Origin: a virus
DNA: 63,686 nucleotides
Virus genome (UHGV): UHGV-0312038
Reading direction: 5' to 3' (one strand)
Below, in pieces: positions 1 through 10,393 of the stretch. The notes beneath the pieces were generated by a model. The model was given only the letters and a program-made list of their open reading frames with translations, searched no databases and had not been told where the DNA came from. Each line of letters opens with the position of its first letter. The stretch's first letter is position 1. The position numbers were made by a program, and so were the translations under genes.

Positions 1-864
1 ACCGGCGGCGACCGTATTGCCGGAGACGGCATTGCCCAGCGTATCCGTGACGTGGAACGGGCGTATCATTCCTGTCTGATATATCTGATGCGCAATGCCG
101 CCAACGCCTCTGCCCCTATGTGCGAGGCCGATTACAGGCGGCTTATGAAGTATATGAAGGATACTGACCTTGGTACTATTGTACCGGGGACGATGTATCT
201 TTCTGACTCCGACCCGTCAGGCGGGAGCAATCCGGCCCTGAGGTTTTTCAATATCCCCTCCAATCTTCCGGCTTATTCACAGCTTCTGGAGATGTTTATC
301 CAGCTTGCTGACAGAGTAACGAACATTCCGGCCGCTCTGCATGGTGAGGCTGTAGGCTCGGGCGCGATGCGCACATTCCGCGGCATGTCTCTTCTTCAGG
401 GCAATGCGACACGGGCTCTGCATGCGGCAGTGGGGAATATTGACAACAATGTGTTCGCTCCGCTCGGTGAGCTCATGTACAACATAAACATGTTGTACGC
501 ATCCGACTCGTCCGTAAAGGGTGATGTACAGATAGTCACCAAGGGTGCTGAAGGCCTGCTCCAGAAAGAGACGGAAAAGCAGAACGCTATGGAGATGCTT
601 CAGGTTATAGGCGCTGTGGGCAGTTCCCTCTCCGGTGCTGTTAATCTGACCCCTGTCGTAGGCTGGGCTGTAAAGAAGCTCTTCGGAGCGATGAATATTC
701 CGGATGATGTTCTTGAGCAGATGAACGCTCCTGTACAGGGAGCGGCCCCGCAGACGGGCTCCGGACAGGGTAACGGTATGATGCCGAACTCTAATCCCGC
801 GCCGGACTCTCCGGCCGGGGCTGGTGTCGCGCAGGATACAGGAGGGCATGTTGAGGCTTATTAA
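1..864 (+). CDS. 3'-partial CDS entering from upstream (frame 1 open from base 1). Probably the C-terminal part of the portal protein, continuing the end-of-window ORF if the genome is circular.
   Basis: Open frame from position 1 with no start codon. Sits upstream of the scaffold/capsid module. The frame is continuous with the ORF running off the window end. Confidence 0.4.
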   Translation, partial: TGGDRIAGDGIAQRIRDVERAYHSCLIYLMRNAANASAPMCEADYRRLMKYMKDTDLGTIVPGTMYLSDSDPSGGSNPALRFFNIPSNLPAYSQLLEMFIQLADRVTNIPAALHGEAVGSGAMRTFRGMSLLQGNATRALHAAVGNIDNNVFAPLGELMYNINMLYASDSSVKGDVQIVTKGAEGLLQKETEKQNAMEMLQVIGAVGSSLSGAVNLTPVVGWAVKKLFGAMNIPDDVLEQMNAPVQGAAPQTGSGQGNGMMPNSNPAPDSPAGAGVAQDTGGHVEAY

Positions 865-1108
865 ACCATGGACTCCCGCTCCCGGAGAACGCGGGTACAG
901 GTTTGTCAAATGGTTCTGTGACAATGTCAATTTTTGCCACGGGTACTATTACGGCACGGATACCCCGAAGCCGGAAAACAGGGTTTACAATTTCCTGTAC
1001 AAGTATTGGACTTTCCCGTTCGAACAGCCGGACTGTATCTGCTGTAACACTGTCAGAGGGCTGATTTACGGGGGTATTATCGGATTTATTCTGGGGAGAC
1101 TTATATGA
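824..1108 (+). CDS. small Cys-rich protein with C-terminal hydrophobic segment
   Basis: 94-aa ORF. C-terminal LIYGGIIGFILGRLI looks like a transmembrane segment. Overlaps the upstream gene end. Confidence 0.3.
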   Translation: MSRRIQEGMLRLIKPWTPAPGERGYRFVKWFCDNVNFCHGYYYGTDTPKPENRVYNFLYKYWTFPFEQPDCICCNTVRGLIYGGIIGFILGRLI

Positions 1109-1554
1109 ACAAACTCTGGCAGAAGAACAATCACACTATGTACTCCAGTGTTTTCAATGTGCCTGCCGGTTACTGCGTCACATTGTTTGCTACTGGTCTG
1201 CTGGATGAGAAAGTCAGGCAGTCAGCTGAGGAGTTTACTGTACCGCAGATTGTGTGTGTAAGACGCATGGTTCATGAATATGAAAAGGCACAGACAATTC
1301 CATGCGAGGGGTGCTGTGGTTACATTTTCGACCTTGCTAATGTAAGGGCTGATACAATTAACGATGAACTTGTTTCAACCTGTGGCCGTCCGTGGCAGCT
1401 TGACCCCTGTCGTAATATTGGCATAATTGGTGTACCGGGTACATATAGACTGCATATCAATGACGCAACGGCAGTTGGTGTAGCTCAGGTATATGCGGAT
1501 TGGTACAGAGCCAGTCAGATTCCCTCACAGGTTGAAAGCCTGTTCTTTATTTAG
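1105..1554 (+). CDS. hypothetical protein (head module)
   Basis: 149-aa ORF. Start overlaps the previous stop (ATGA). Confidence 0.5.
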   Translation: MNKLWQKNNHTMYSSVFNVPAGYCVTLFATGLLDEKVRQSAEEFTVPQIVCVRRMVHEYEKAQTIPCEGCCGYIFDLANVRADTINDELVSTCGRPWQLDPCRNIGIIGVPGTYRLHINDATAVGVAQVYADWYRASQIPSQVESLFFI

Positions 1555-1565
1555 GAGATATATAT

Positions 1566-1940
1566 ATGGGTAACGCTTGTGGTGAAACGAAATACGCCGA
1601 AGACGGCGTTATTAACAGAACTACACTGACCAATTCGCAGGTCACTAATTCTGATATACAGAACTCTACGCTGACTGCCTGTACCATCAAAGAGCTTACA
1701 GCTATTGATGATGCTTCTGCTGAGAAAATAGCTGACGCTATTTCCGGGCTGGACAGCAAACAGCTTCTGAGTCTTGCGTCCGCTATACAGGATGCCTTTG
1801 CTCCTGTTGAAGGAGACGAGCCGGATTCCATTTCCGGGCCGGAAGTGCCCACTACTATTATTGGGCTTAGGGACGCCCTGCTTGGCAGGCCGTCCGGCTG
1901 GGGCCGGTTTGGCTCGTATGTTGTACCGCTGTATAAGTAG
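1566..1940 (+). CDS. hypothetical protein
   Basis: 124-aa ORF. AGGAG ribosome-binding site 7 nt upstream. Confidence 0.5.
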   Translation: MGNACGETKYAEDGVINRTTLTNSQVTNSDIQNSTLTACTIKELTAIDDASAEKIADAISGLDSKQLLSLASAIQDAFAPVEGDEPDSISGPEVPTTIIGLRDALLGRPSGWGRFGSYVVPLYK

Positions 1941-2133
1941 GAGTAATAATCATGGCAGTTAAGGAGAGGAAGAATGGCAAAGTATCAGAAACCGAAAGTA
2001 AGCGGGGCGAAAAAGTCTCTCCCTCCGTTTATGAAGGGAAAGAAAAGCCAGCTGAAAAAGTCGAAAAAGTAACCAGACACAATCATATGCGTTCTATCCT
2101 TAAACAATATTACAACTATTAGGTTATTACGCT

Positions 2134-2358
2134 ATGTCTGTTATAATCGACCTTTCGGCAAACAGGAATTATGAGGCGAAAATCGCCGACCCGAAGATGA
2201 CTCTTCAGAACAATCCGCTGGCTCAGCCAGCTGACCCCATGCGGGGCATCAAGGATTATAATTTCGACCGTCTTATGAAAGACGCCAGGCTTCGTTCGTG
2301 TCCGGTACGGGGTAAAGAATACTCCGCTATTATGGATACGAGATACAAGGGAGAATAG
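2134..2358 (+). CDS. hypothetical small protein
   Basis: 74-aa ORF. Confidence 0.4.
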   Translation: MSVIIDLSANRNYEAKIADPKMTLQNNPLAQPADPMRGIKDYNFDRLMKDARLRSCPVRGKEYSAIMDTRYKGE

Positions 2359-2361
2359 TTA

Positions 2362-2520
2362 TGGCTTGTTCCCGTTGCGGTGGAAACCGCGTCACCCGTC
2401 AGACTCCGCCCCCATCTGTTACTTCCCGTCCCGGTACTGTGGCCCCCAATCCCGGACGCAAAACGGCGAAGGAAATTATCACAGGTGTGAAGTATGTTCC
2501 TACCCGAGGCGGAAAATAGT
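2362..2520 (+). CDS. small CxxC (zinc-ribbon-like) protein, 52 aa
   Basis: Below the track cutoff. ATG with AAGGGAGAA ribosome-binding site. Sequence MACSRCGG... The overlapping 93-aa ORF 2366..2647 is R/S-rich junk. Confidence 0.3.
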
Positions 2521-2739
2521 CCTATCCGTGAGCTTGCCCGTCAGCTCAAGTCAGACGCGTATCTCAAGGAAACGCTCCTTGCGTTCCTTGCGCATATTCG
2601 TGAGGGACTGGAGGCGGATTTCGTCCTTGCCGCAAAGACTGGCGTGATGCACCCGGATAAACTGCAAAACGCCGCCATGCAACTTGGCAGGGTTGACGAG
2701 GTTAGATCCTTGGAAGAAATGATTTACGGTATGGAATAA
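2494..2739 (+). CDS. hypothetical protein
   Basis: 81-aa ORF. Confidence 0.4.
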   Translation: MFLPEAENSPIRELARQLKSDAYLKETLLAFLAHIREGLEADFVLAAKTGVMHPDKLQNAAMQLGRVDEVRSLEEMIYGME

Positions 2740-2751
2740 TAAGGAGCGTTT

Positions 2752-3732
2752 ATGTCAGGATTCGGCAAAGTACCCACTAATCCCTATCAGGAAAGGGCCG
2801 AAGCATTCAGAAAACAGAATGAGCCGGGTGGAACCAATCCTCCGACCCAGACGACAGACCAGCAGACCGCCCCCGCGCAGCCCGCGGGTGTCCAGCCTGC
2901 CCCTGTACAGCAGCCGGTTAATCCCCCGTCTGCCCCTGTACAGCAGCCTGCCCCTGTACAGCCTGTAGCTACTCAGCCTCAGAATGCCGGCACTTACTAT
3001 GACCCTGCTCTTATCCAGAATCTGGCATATGAGCGTGACCAGCTCAGACAGCAGCTTGCCGCTGACCAGCAGAAGATGTCAGACCTTCAGAAGTCTGCTG
3101 ATGAGCTTAACGACCTCAGACGCAGGGCCAGTATCAGGGCTGACATCCAGCAGCAGGCCATTGACAATCTGGAGTCTGTGAGCCCTGAGGATTACACGGC
3201 TATTGTTGAATCCGCTACCAATCTGGCCATGGCTCAGACAGAGCCGCTCAAGAAAGAGCTTGAACAGCAGAGGAAAGAGCTTGAGGAGCGTACCCGGTAT
3301 AATCAGCAGATGCTCGAGAATACCCGCAAGGACCTTCTCAACGCCCGTATCTTTGCCGCTCATCCCGACTTTGCCCAGATGGTCAACACTCCCGAGTACC
3401 GGAACTTTATGGCCCAGCGTGACGGTCTCAGCTCTGAAACCCGAGACGCCCGTGCCAGCCGGGAATACCTCAACGGCAATACTGACTACGTTATCGACCT
3501 CCTGAACCAATTCAAGCAGAGTCGTAACAATGCCGTAGGTGTTGCTACTGTACCCCCCGTGCAGGTGGCTCCCGGTGCCGCACCTGCGGCGGCGCAGACT
3601 ACTCCAACCCGCTACACCCTGCGGGAACTCAACAACCTGTTTCAAACGAGGCAGATTTCCGCTGAAGAGTACAGGAAACTTCTTCCTGAAGCCCGCAAGG
3701 CAGCTGTCGAAAGTCTGTCATCCATGTCTTAG
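2752..3732 (+). CDS. putative scaffolding protein
   Basis: 326 aa. Pro/Gln/Val-rich N-terminal linker (PVQQPAPVQ repeats) then a long coiled-coil-like region. Sits directly upstream of the major capsid gene. Confidence 0.5.
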   Translation: MSGFGKVPTNPYQERAEAFRKQNEPGGTNPPTQTTDQQTAPAQPAGVQPAPVQQPVNPPSAPVQQPAPVQPVATQPQNAGTYYDPALIQNLAYERDQLRQQLAADQQKMSDLQKSADELNDLRRRASIRADIQQQAIDNLESVSPEDYTAIVESATNLAMAQTEPLKKELEQQRKELEERTRYNQQMLENTRKDLLNARIFAAHPDFAQMVNTPEYRNFMAQRDGLSSETRDARASREYLNGNTDYVIDLLNQFKQSRNNAVGVATVPPVQVAPGAAPAAAQTTPTRYTLRELNNLFQTRQISAEEYRKLLPEARKAAVESLSSMS

Positions 3733-3743
3733 GAGAATAACTT

Positions 3744-4697
3744 ATGCCTATGTTTCCCAGTGCGTCCGGCTATACCGGAATGGAAGCAACCCCGCTTGCC
3801 CGAATTGGGTACAGCGACATTATCCTTTCCAAAATCTATGAGGAAGACTGGCTTCCCCGTATTACCAACTCTGAGCTCCTTGAGCCTGTTACGCAGTGCA
3901 ACCAGATTATTCAGCTTATGCGCGCTCCGGAAGTCGGGCCTATGCGTTCCTATCAGAAGAACCAGCAGCTTGTTCCCAATACCGTTACTACGGAAGCGCG
4001 CTGTCTTCAGATTTGCTTCGCCTCTTATCAGGATATTAAGTTCGACTCTCTCGATGTTAGACAGGCCTGTGACCGCTGGGCTGCTTACGAAGCGAAGCTC
4101 CTCGAAGCTATCTACCAGTCCTACGTTGACGAACAGAGGCGTTTCGTTCTCGGCCGCATGATGGCTCAGGTTTCCCCTCTTACCTCTCTCAGCGTCGCTG
4201 GCCGTCTCCATGACATCAACCTTGGCGCTCCGGGTAATCCTGTGCATGTCACCCCGCAGAATCTGCCTGTGGTGCTCGCCAATCTCCAGCGTGCCCTGAT
4301 TGAGCAGAAGCGTTGGGTTGACGGTGATATGTTTATTATCGTGCCGCCTATCCTCCGTACCTACCTTGCCATGAGTAATTATGCCAACTCCGAATGGAGC
4401 TGTAAGTGCGGCGGTATTGTCTCCGGTATGTGGGACCATGAGCTCTTTGGCTTCCAGCCCATTGAGTCCATTCATGTTCCGGTTCGCCGTGACGAATCCG
4501 GTGCCCTGTCTTTCTACATTATCGCTGGCAACAAGGACGCTACCGCCTATGCCAGCAATATCATTGAGTCCCGTCTGATTACCAACGACCCGAACAGCTT
4601 TGGTATCCGGTATCAGTTCCTCGCCGCTTGGGGTGCGGAAGTTATCTATCCCGAAGCCCTCGCTATGGGTTATTGGACTTTCGACCCTATTAACTAG
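3744..4697 (+). CDS. major capsid protein (HK97-fold, putative)
   Basis: 317 aa with AGGAGA ribosome-binding site. Lies between the scaffold and further head genes. Size and composition are typical of HK97-like capsid proteins. Confidence 0.6.
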   Translation: MPMFPSASGYTGMEATPLARIGYSDIILSKIYEEDWLPRITNSELLEPVTQCNQIIQLMRAPEVGPMRSYQKNQQLVPNTVTTEARCLQICFASYQDIKFDSLDVRQACDRWAAYEAKLLEAIYQSYVDEQRRFVLGRMMAQVSPLTSLSVAGRLHDINLGAPGNPVHVTPQNLPVVLANLQRALIEQKRWVDGDMFIIVPPILRTYLAMSNYANSEWSCKCGGIVSGMWDHELFGFQPIESIHVPVRRDESGALSFYIIAGNKDATAYASNIIESRLITNDPNSFGIRYQFLAAWGAEVIYPEALAMGYWTFDPIN

Positions 4698-4712
4698 TAG
4701 GAGTAGTGAATT

Positions 4713-5438
4713 ATGGCAGTTATTAATCTTGCCCGTGGCGGTATGCCTGATTTCAAAGGCTGGTTCTGTGATGGCCAGTCTGCGGAATTTACCCCGCCCT
4801 ATGACGCCCCCCATGCGGAGTTTACCCCGCCTTTTGACTCTCATGCTGATGCCGCTATGGGTCAGGGGTTCCTCAACCTCCAGTTCCCGCTGGTTCCGAA
4901 TCTGAATGATACCGTTGGCCACCGCTGGATGCAGAACCTGCTTAAGGGCGTTAAGGCCGTGGGTGATGTGGTTCTGACCAACTGGGTTCCCCAGCGTGCT
5001 TATCTGGACTCCGTGTATTACGAAGTCACTAAAACCGATGCTTCTCTCAATGGTGTGTATCTCGCTCCCGTTGCGAAACGCGCTGTCTGGAACTTCACTA
5101 CCGAGGAGTGGGAATACCAGGACGTGGCTGAGTTTACTAATGCCATGACCACGGCTAAGATTACTCAGTTCCCTGTCGGTACTCCGCAGGACGGCGATAA
5201 GCTGTACGGGTTTACCCGTCTGACGGATCCGCTTGCTACCTTCGGCCACAATATTGTCAAGCGTGATGCTACCGGAAAGCCCACCGCTGGTTATGATGAC
5301 TTTTTCGGTACTGTCCTGCTTGGTTTTGAGGTTGCCGCTGGCGACACTGCCAAGATTGCCACCCTGTGGAAGTCCACGTTTGCCCTGTACTTCTCTTCCA
5401 AGCTGCTGGCTTTTGAGGGCAGTACTCAGATTGGCTAA
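4713..5438 (+). CDS. head-associated hypothetical protein
   Basis: 241-aa ORF. Confidence 0.5.
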   Translation: MAVINLARGGMPDFKGWFCDGQSAEFTPPYDAPHAEFTPPFDSHADAAMGQGFLNLQFPLVPNLNDTVGHRWMQNLLKGVKAVGDVVLTNWVPQRAYLDSVYYEVTKTDASLNGVYLAPVAKRAVWNFTTEEWEYQDVAEFTNAMTTAKITQFPVGTPQDGDKLYGFTRLTDPLATFGHNIVKRDATGKPTAGYDDFFGTVLLGFEVAAGDTAKIATLWKSTFALYFSSKLLAFEGSTQIG

Positions 5439-5449
5439 GGGGGTTTGTT

Positions 5450-5683
5450 ATGGCGCGTACTTATACGGGCCCGGCTTCCAAAGATACCGTGAAAGGCGGG
5501 AAGAAATTCCCACTTAAGAAGGTTGGAAGCGACCACAGTATTGACCTGACCATGACCAACGGTACTGACAAGGCGCGTGGTATTATTATGCGCACCAAGT
5601 GGAGTCAGGGCGTCCATGGTGGTTTCACTCCTGCCACGGAGAAGTCTGTCAAGGGACAGAGGCCCAGTTCCGTGGCGAAGTAG
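5450..5683 (+). CDS. hypothetical small protein
   Basis: 77-aa ORF. Confidence 0.4.
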   Translation: MARTYTGPASKDTVKGGKKFPLKKVGSDHSIDLTMTNGTDKARGIIMRTKWSQGVHGGFTPATEKSVKGQRPSSVAK

Positions 5684-5705
5684 TATATAATAAGGAGCGG
5701 TAGTC

Positions 5706-6173
5706 ATGAATCAGAACGCAACTACAGTTGGGAATCAGGACGTTTCCACTGTGTTCAATCTCAATTCCGAAGAACGGGCCGGTTTTCTTGAACATCTCGG
5801 GGTTAAGAACGCCACACCTCCGCTGGCGCATTCTCCCTGTCTGAAGAACAAGAAGACCGGCATTATCCTCCCGTGGAACCCGATGCTTGCAGAGCAGAGG
5901 GATATACTGGAATGCTGTGATGAGCAGGGCAATACTGACCCTGCGGCATGGCAGGACAAAGTACAGGAAGACAGTTCCGAGGATGAAAGGGAACTCATGG
6001 CTGCCGCCCTTAATGAGGCTACATCCCGTCAGAATAAGATTGCGCAGGAAAAGATGAGCTCGTTTCGTTCTACTATGAAGAAGATGGACCAGCCTGAGCA
6101 ATCCGACCAGTACGGGGACGAAGCTGTGCCTTATGAAGATATTGAGAAACTGATGTCGAAAGCGGAGTTCTGA
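5706..6173 (+). CDS. acidic hypothetical protein
   Basis: 155 aa, strongly D/E-rich C-terminal half. Confidence 0.45.
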   Translation: MNQNATTVGNQDVSTVFNLNSEERAGFLEHLGVKNATPPLAHSPCLKNKKTGIILPWNPMLAEQRDILECCDEQGNTDPAAWQDKVQEDSSEDERELMAAALNEATSRQNKIAQEKMSSFRSTMKKMDQPEQSDQYGDEAVPYEDIEKLMSKAEF

Positions 6174-6874
6174 TGACAGTACAGGATATAATCGGGGATG
6201 TCTCCCGTGACCTGAATGATCAGGAACCGGGGTATGAATACACACGCTGGTCTGTTGCTCAGCTTCAGTCCTATCTCTCTGAAGCGCTTATCAATGACAG
6301 CTACCTTCTCAAAGATCTGTTCCATACAGAGAAAATTGTGCGGCTCATGCCCGGCGGTGACTGGCAGAATGTCTGTGACTGCTCCGAGATTATCCGTATT
6401 GTTGGGGAATGTACTGAGACCGGTGAAGTGTACCGGTATCTCACCCGTACATATGACGATGAAAGGCTCAACTGGCCGGGGTCTGTATATCCGAACTGCA
6501 TAAACCCTGAGACAGATGAGCCTTTCTCATATGTCATAAGCTCAGTAGACATCAGCAGATTCAAAGTCATGCCTCCGGTTGCTCCGGGGCAGAACCGGTA
6601 TGTTCTTGTGCAGTGCTACACAATGCCGACCGGGCGTTCTCTTAGTGAATCAGTACCGGATGAGATGGTTGCTATTGTCAAGCAGTGGATGCTTTACAGG
6701 GCGCTTATCATGGATTCCGAGAACTCACCCACTATCAGTACCATAGCCGGAACGCATCTGACTACACACGACAACTTGCTGAAACGGGCTGTAGACCGCA
6801 GAGAGAAGGAGAAAGCTGAACGTGAGCGAGACGCGGATAATTTACGAGCCGTTCAAAACCAGACCGCTCGATAG
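6173..6874 (+). CDS. hypothetical virion protein
   Basis: 233 aa. Start overlaps the previous stop. Confidence 0.5.
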   Translation: MTVQDIIGDVSRDLNDQEPGYEYTRWSVAQLQSYLSEALINDSYLLKDLFHTEKIVRLMPGGDWQNVCDCSEIIRIVGECTETGEVYRYLTRTYDDERLNWPGSVYPNCINPETDEPFSYVISSVDISRFKVMPPVAPGQNRYVLVQCYTMPTGRSLSESVPDEMVAIVKQWMLYRALIMDSENSPTISTIAGTHLTTHDNLLKRAVDRREKEKAERERDADNLRAVQNQTAR

Positions 6875-7481
6875 TTTTCTGGAAGAGCTCCGGTTTGAGT
6901 ATCCTACTCTTCCCGCCCAGCTCTTTCAGTTCTACTTACTGAAAGCCGCAAGAAACATGGCCCGTCAGGGCAACCTGATACGCCGTCGCGCGGCAGTTAA
7001 TCTGGAACCATGTATCACCAGATACCGGCTGGAATCCCCGGATGGGTTGGAGATATGTGGTATCCTGCGTTCATATATCATTCCGTGCGGCTGTTGCGGC
7101 GGACATGACGCCAGAGAGACTTTCACTCTGCCGCAGGGGTGCACTCCCTGCGGCAGGGAGATTGTCTGGTATGATGACCTTGAGAAGGTACTGCACGTCA
7201 GACACCCGAACAGCCCCGGCCGTCTTCTTGCGGAGCTGGCTGTTATGCCGGGACAGGATGCCTGTGAGCTTCCTAACGTCCTGTACACTGACTGGCTGGA
7301 TACTCTGCTTATGGGCGTGCGGGCTTACATAATGCTTATACCGGCCCGGCCATGGACAAACATCCAGATGGGACGGGCGTATATGACTGAGTTTGAGAAA
7401 CGCACATCAGCCGCCGCTATGGAGACAGCAACGCATAAAATGCGCGGAAGTATCCATATGCAGTTTGGGAGAGTAATGTAA
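6822..7481 (+). CDS. hypothetical virion protein
   Basis: 219-aa ORF. Confidence 0.45.
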   Translation: MSETRIIYEPFKTRPLDSFLEELRFEYPTLPAQLFQFYLLKAARNMARQGNLIRRRAAVNLEPCITRYRLESPDGLEICGILRSYIIPCGCCGGHDARETFTLPQGCTPCGREIVWYDDLEKVLHVRHPNSPGRLLAELAVMPGQDACELPNVLYTDWLDTLLMGVRAYIMLIPARPWTNIQMGRAYMTEFEKRTSAAAMETATHKMRGSIHMQFGRVM

Positions 7482-8719
7482 TGTCAGACTGTACCCCCAG
7501 AATCACGCCTCAATGTGACGGAGAGATTACTTCCGCGAAAGAGGAAGGTGCCTGTCCTGACTGGAGTATGTGTCTTCCTTTCGGGGGCAGAATGTATTCC
7601 CGTGAAGGATGCGTCCGTGTGGAGAAAGGCACCCCTCCCGCAGATGGTGTGTATGACCGTGTTGTCATACAGAACGGATGTATCGTTTCTCTGGAAGGCA
7701 AACAGCTCCCTATTTATAATCCCCCTACCTGCGCTCCCGAGCCCTGTTCCTGCTCTGACAGCGGGGGCGGGGGGTCTGTCAGTATCTCCTCTCAGGCGGG
7801 GAACCTGACACGGGAAGATACAACAGGGGCGCTTCTGACCACACTCAGCGCTCAGGCTGGAGATGGTATCGCGATACAGGGTACAGGAACCCAGCGTGAC
7901 CCGCTGATTATATCCTCCAACCCTGACCCGTCTGAAGCGTTTGTTGTCAGCGCTGGCAACTCCGGTATCAATGTGTCCGGTTCCGGTACAAGGGGAGACC
8001 CTGTTAAGGTGTCCCACTCCGAGGAAGGCTATGAGGGTTATATCAACGGGATGTCATTCGACCGGTACGGGCATCTCACCGGTTATACCGCTCCCTCCAC
8101 GGTCAGTACGGTCAACGGCGTTATTGGTCAGGGGCACATTCAGGCTGACCTTGCCACGTCCACGGGTGTTGTTACGCTTAATATCGCTGACCCTATGTAT
8201 AACCGTGCTGGTGAGTACAGGCTCGGCGGTTTTGACGTCACCCTTGATGACAAGAACTTTGTCACGAATATTGTACAGAAAATATCAGTAACGCCCGGTG
8301 AAAGATACATGGGCGTACAGCGTGTGACTCTCACAGAGTCCGGTACGCTTACTGAAATAGTAGATACATCGGCATCTGAGATACTTGTCTATGACCATGC
8401 GTCCAAGCGTTTCCCCTCGGGAACGAAAGCAGATGCCTATATCATATCATTTGACCTTGCCCGTATCGGCTCTTTCCGTATCCGGTACAGGGACTGCAAG
8501 CGCCCGACTACAAGCGACTCTTCCGGAAAGACCACGGTTACGCCTATCAGCGGTACTATCTATGTTGACGGCAAAGCCGTTGATACTGATATAGTTATGG
8601 ATAATGAACTTACAGCCCTGACTACGGCCCGTTACGGACTCGGTAGTCACACAGTACAGGTTATCGGGGACATGGACGGTGTGGGTTATATGGACATTGA
8701 AGTTGTGACGGCCTACTAA
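7481..8719 (+). CDS. structural (tail?) protein
   Basis: 412 aa with a Cys-rich N-terminus. Start overlaps the previous stop. Confidence 0.5.
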   Translation: MSDCTPRITPQCDGEITSAKEEGACPDWSMCLPFGGRMYSREGCVRVEKGTPPADGVYDRVVIQNGCIVSLEGKQLPIYNPPTCAPEPCSCSDSGGGGSVSISSQAGNLTREDTTGALLTTLSAQAGDGIAIQGTGTQRDPLIISSNPDPSEAFVVSAGNSGINVSGSGTRGDPVKVSHSEEGYEGYINGMSFDRYGHLTGYTAPSTVSTVNGVIGQGHIQADLATSTGVVTLNIADPMYNRAGEYRLGGFDVTLDDKNFVTNIVQKISVTPGERYMGVQRVTLTESGTLTEIVDTSASEILVYDHASKRFPSGTKADAYIISFDLARIGSFRIRYRDCKRPTTSDSSGKTTVTPISGTIYVDGKAVDTDIVMDNELTALTTARYGLGSHTVQVIGDMDGVGYMDIEVVTAY

Positions 8720-10350
8720 TGCAGACAGCAATTACACAGTTTGGCGGTATTGTCCCGCGTACTCCGGAGCATAGTCTGGCTGTCACGCAGGCCACGCTGG
8801 CGCTGAATGTCAATCTGCGCAGGGGACAGCTCGAACCTTGGCGTGAGCTCTGTAAGTACAAGGACGTACCCTCCACAGCCGTGTCTCTGTATATGTACGG
8901 GCACTGCCTGTATACATGGGACAGTGTTGTTTCCGTAGCTGAGCTTTCTCCTGAATGGCAGAGGCTATACATCACAGGCAACAGTGACAGCCCACAGGTG
9001 ATGGTGCGCGGCAGTTGCTGTGATATGACCTACTACAGGCTCGGGGTTCCTACCCCTCCTGTACCTCCTCACGCTTCCGCAGAAGAGATGTGCGGCCGTG
9101 CTTCAGATACCCGTTCCTATGTGTATACATGGGTTAACCAGTGGGGAGAAGAATCAGCCCCGTCTCCTGCCAGCAATTTGGTTATGGTTGCTGACGGGAC
9201 TTCTGTTTCTGTGACAGGCATATCCCTCCCGCCTGACGGGTATGGGATTGTCAGTGCCAACCTGTACAGGAGCTCTACCGGCTTCCGCCCTGTAGACGGC
9301 AAAACCCAGACCCCGCTTACTGACTATTTGTTCGTAGCGACTATCTATTTCCCGTCAGTATCCTATACCGATACGGTTCTCACAAAGAAGCTGGGCATGC
9401 CGCTTGATACTGTGGATGTCACACCTCCGCCGGACAGACTTCAGAATATCACGGCCGTTGAAGGTGTTATTCGTCTGGCCGGTTCCGTAGCTAACAGGGT
9501 ATATCTCTCAGAGAACTTCCAGCCTTACAACTGGCCTGTCAAATACGAGCTGACTCTGGACAGCAGTATCATCCACATGAAGTGCCTTGACCAGAAGCTC
9601 TACGTAACGACATCTACGACACCCTACATTATTGACGTATCCAGCTGTGACGATACGAAGTGTACTCCTGTAACTGACATTGGCAGACCGCTCCCGGATA
9701 TATCCTGCGGGCATTATAACAGCGCCATCATTACACCGTTCGGACTTATCTATTCATCCGACCCCGGCGTTATCCTGATTGACCCATCCGCACGCTGGCA
9801 TATCCTGACGTCCAAATGGCTCACTGCTGAGCAGTGGCATCAGCTCGCTCCTGAGACAGCACGGTTTGAGTACTGGAACGGATACCTTTTCATCATCACA
9901 GACGAGACAAGTTTCATCCTTGATATAGACGGCGACCCATACGGGGACGTCAGGGGCATGGAGCTCTCCAATATCTCCGATGCTCCTATAGCTATGCAGG
10001 CCACCAATACGGGACAGCTGATGTTCCTACAGGACAGCGCGGTATGGTTCTGGGATAAGAGCGACACATTCAGACCGTTTGAGTGGAAGAGCAGAGAGCT
10101 ATACAGTCCCGGTACTGAGACTATAAACAAGCGTTCATTCTACAGTCCTGCCGCGCTCCGTCTCCGTTCTGTACAGACATTTGTACGTGTGGAAGATGAC
10201 CATGGCCATACAGTGTATGAGCGTACTATCTCGGGCGACAAGCCTGTAAGACTCCCCAAATGCGGAAGGCACCTCAGTTACAGGCTATACTTTACGGGTA
10301 CAGAGACAGTAGAGTTCGCCGAACTCGGAACGGCTATAATCGCCAAATAG
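8719..10350 (+). CDS. structural (tail?) protein
   Basis: 543 aa. Start overlaps the previous stop. Confidence 0.5.
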   Translation: MQTAITQFGGIVPRTPEHSLAVTQATLALNVNLRRGQLEPWRELCKYKDVPSTAVSLYMYGHCLYTWDSVVSVAELSPEWQRLYITGNSDSPQVMVRGSCCDMTYYRLGVPTPPVPPHASAEEMCGRASDTRSYVYTWVNQWGEESAPSPASNLVMVADGTSVSVTGISLPPDGYGIVSANLYRSSTGFRPVDGKTQTPLTDYLFVATIYFPSVSYTDTVLTKKLGMPLDTVDVTPPPDRLQNITAVEGVIRLAGSVANRVYLSENFQPYNWPVKYELTLDSSIIHMKCLDQKLYVTTSTTPYIIDVSSCDDTKCTPVTDIGRPLPDISCGHYNSAIITPFGLIYSSDPGVILIDPSARWHILTSKWLTAEQWHQLAPETARFEYWNGYLFIITDETSFILDIDGDPYGDVRGMELSNISDAPIAMQATNTGQLMFLQDSAVWFWDKSDTFRPFEWKSRELYSPGTETINKRSFYSPAALRLRSVQTFVRVEDDHGHTVYERTISGDKPVRLPKCGRHLSYRLYFTGTETVEFAELGTAIIAK

Positions 10351-10393
10351 ACATGTTCTGGGTATTTTAATATTATGCTGTCAGGAGCAGATT

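Noticed and set aside
2366-2647. 93-aa ORF overlapping two small genes
   Set aside because: R/S-rich nonsense-like product. The alternative frames (2362..2520 and 2494..2739) give protein-like sequences with ribosome-binding sites.
3729-5249. 506-aa minus-strand ORF antisense to the capsid region
   Set aside because: R/G/S-rich junk composition. It overlaps the well-formed plus-strand capsid gene and a 241-aa plus-strand gene. Typical antisense open frame in GC-rich DNA.
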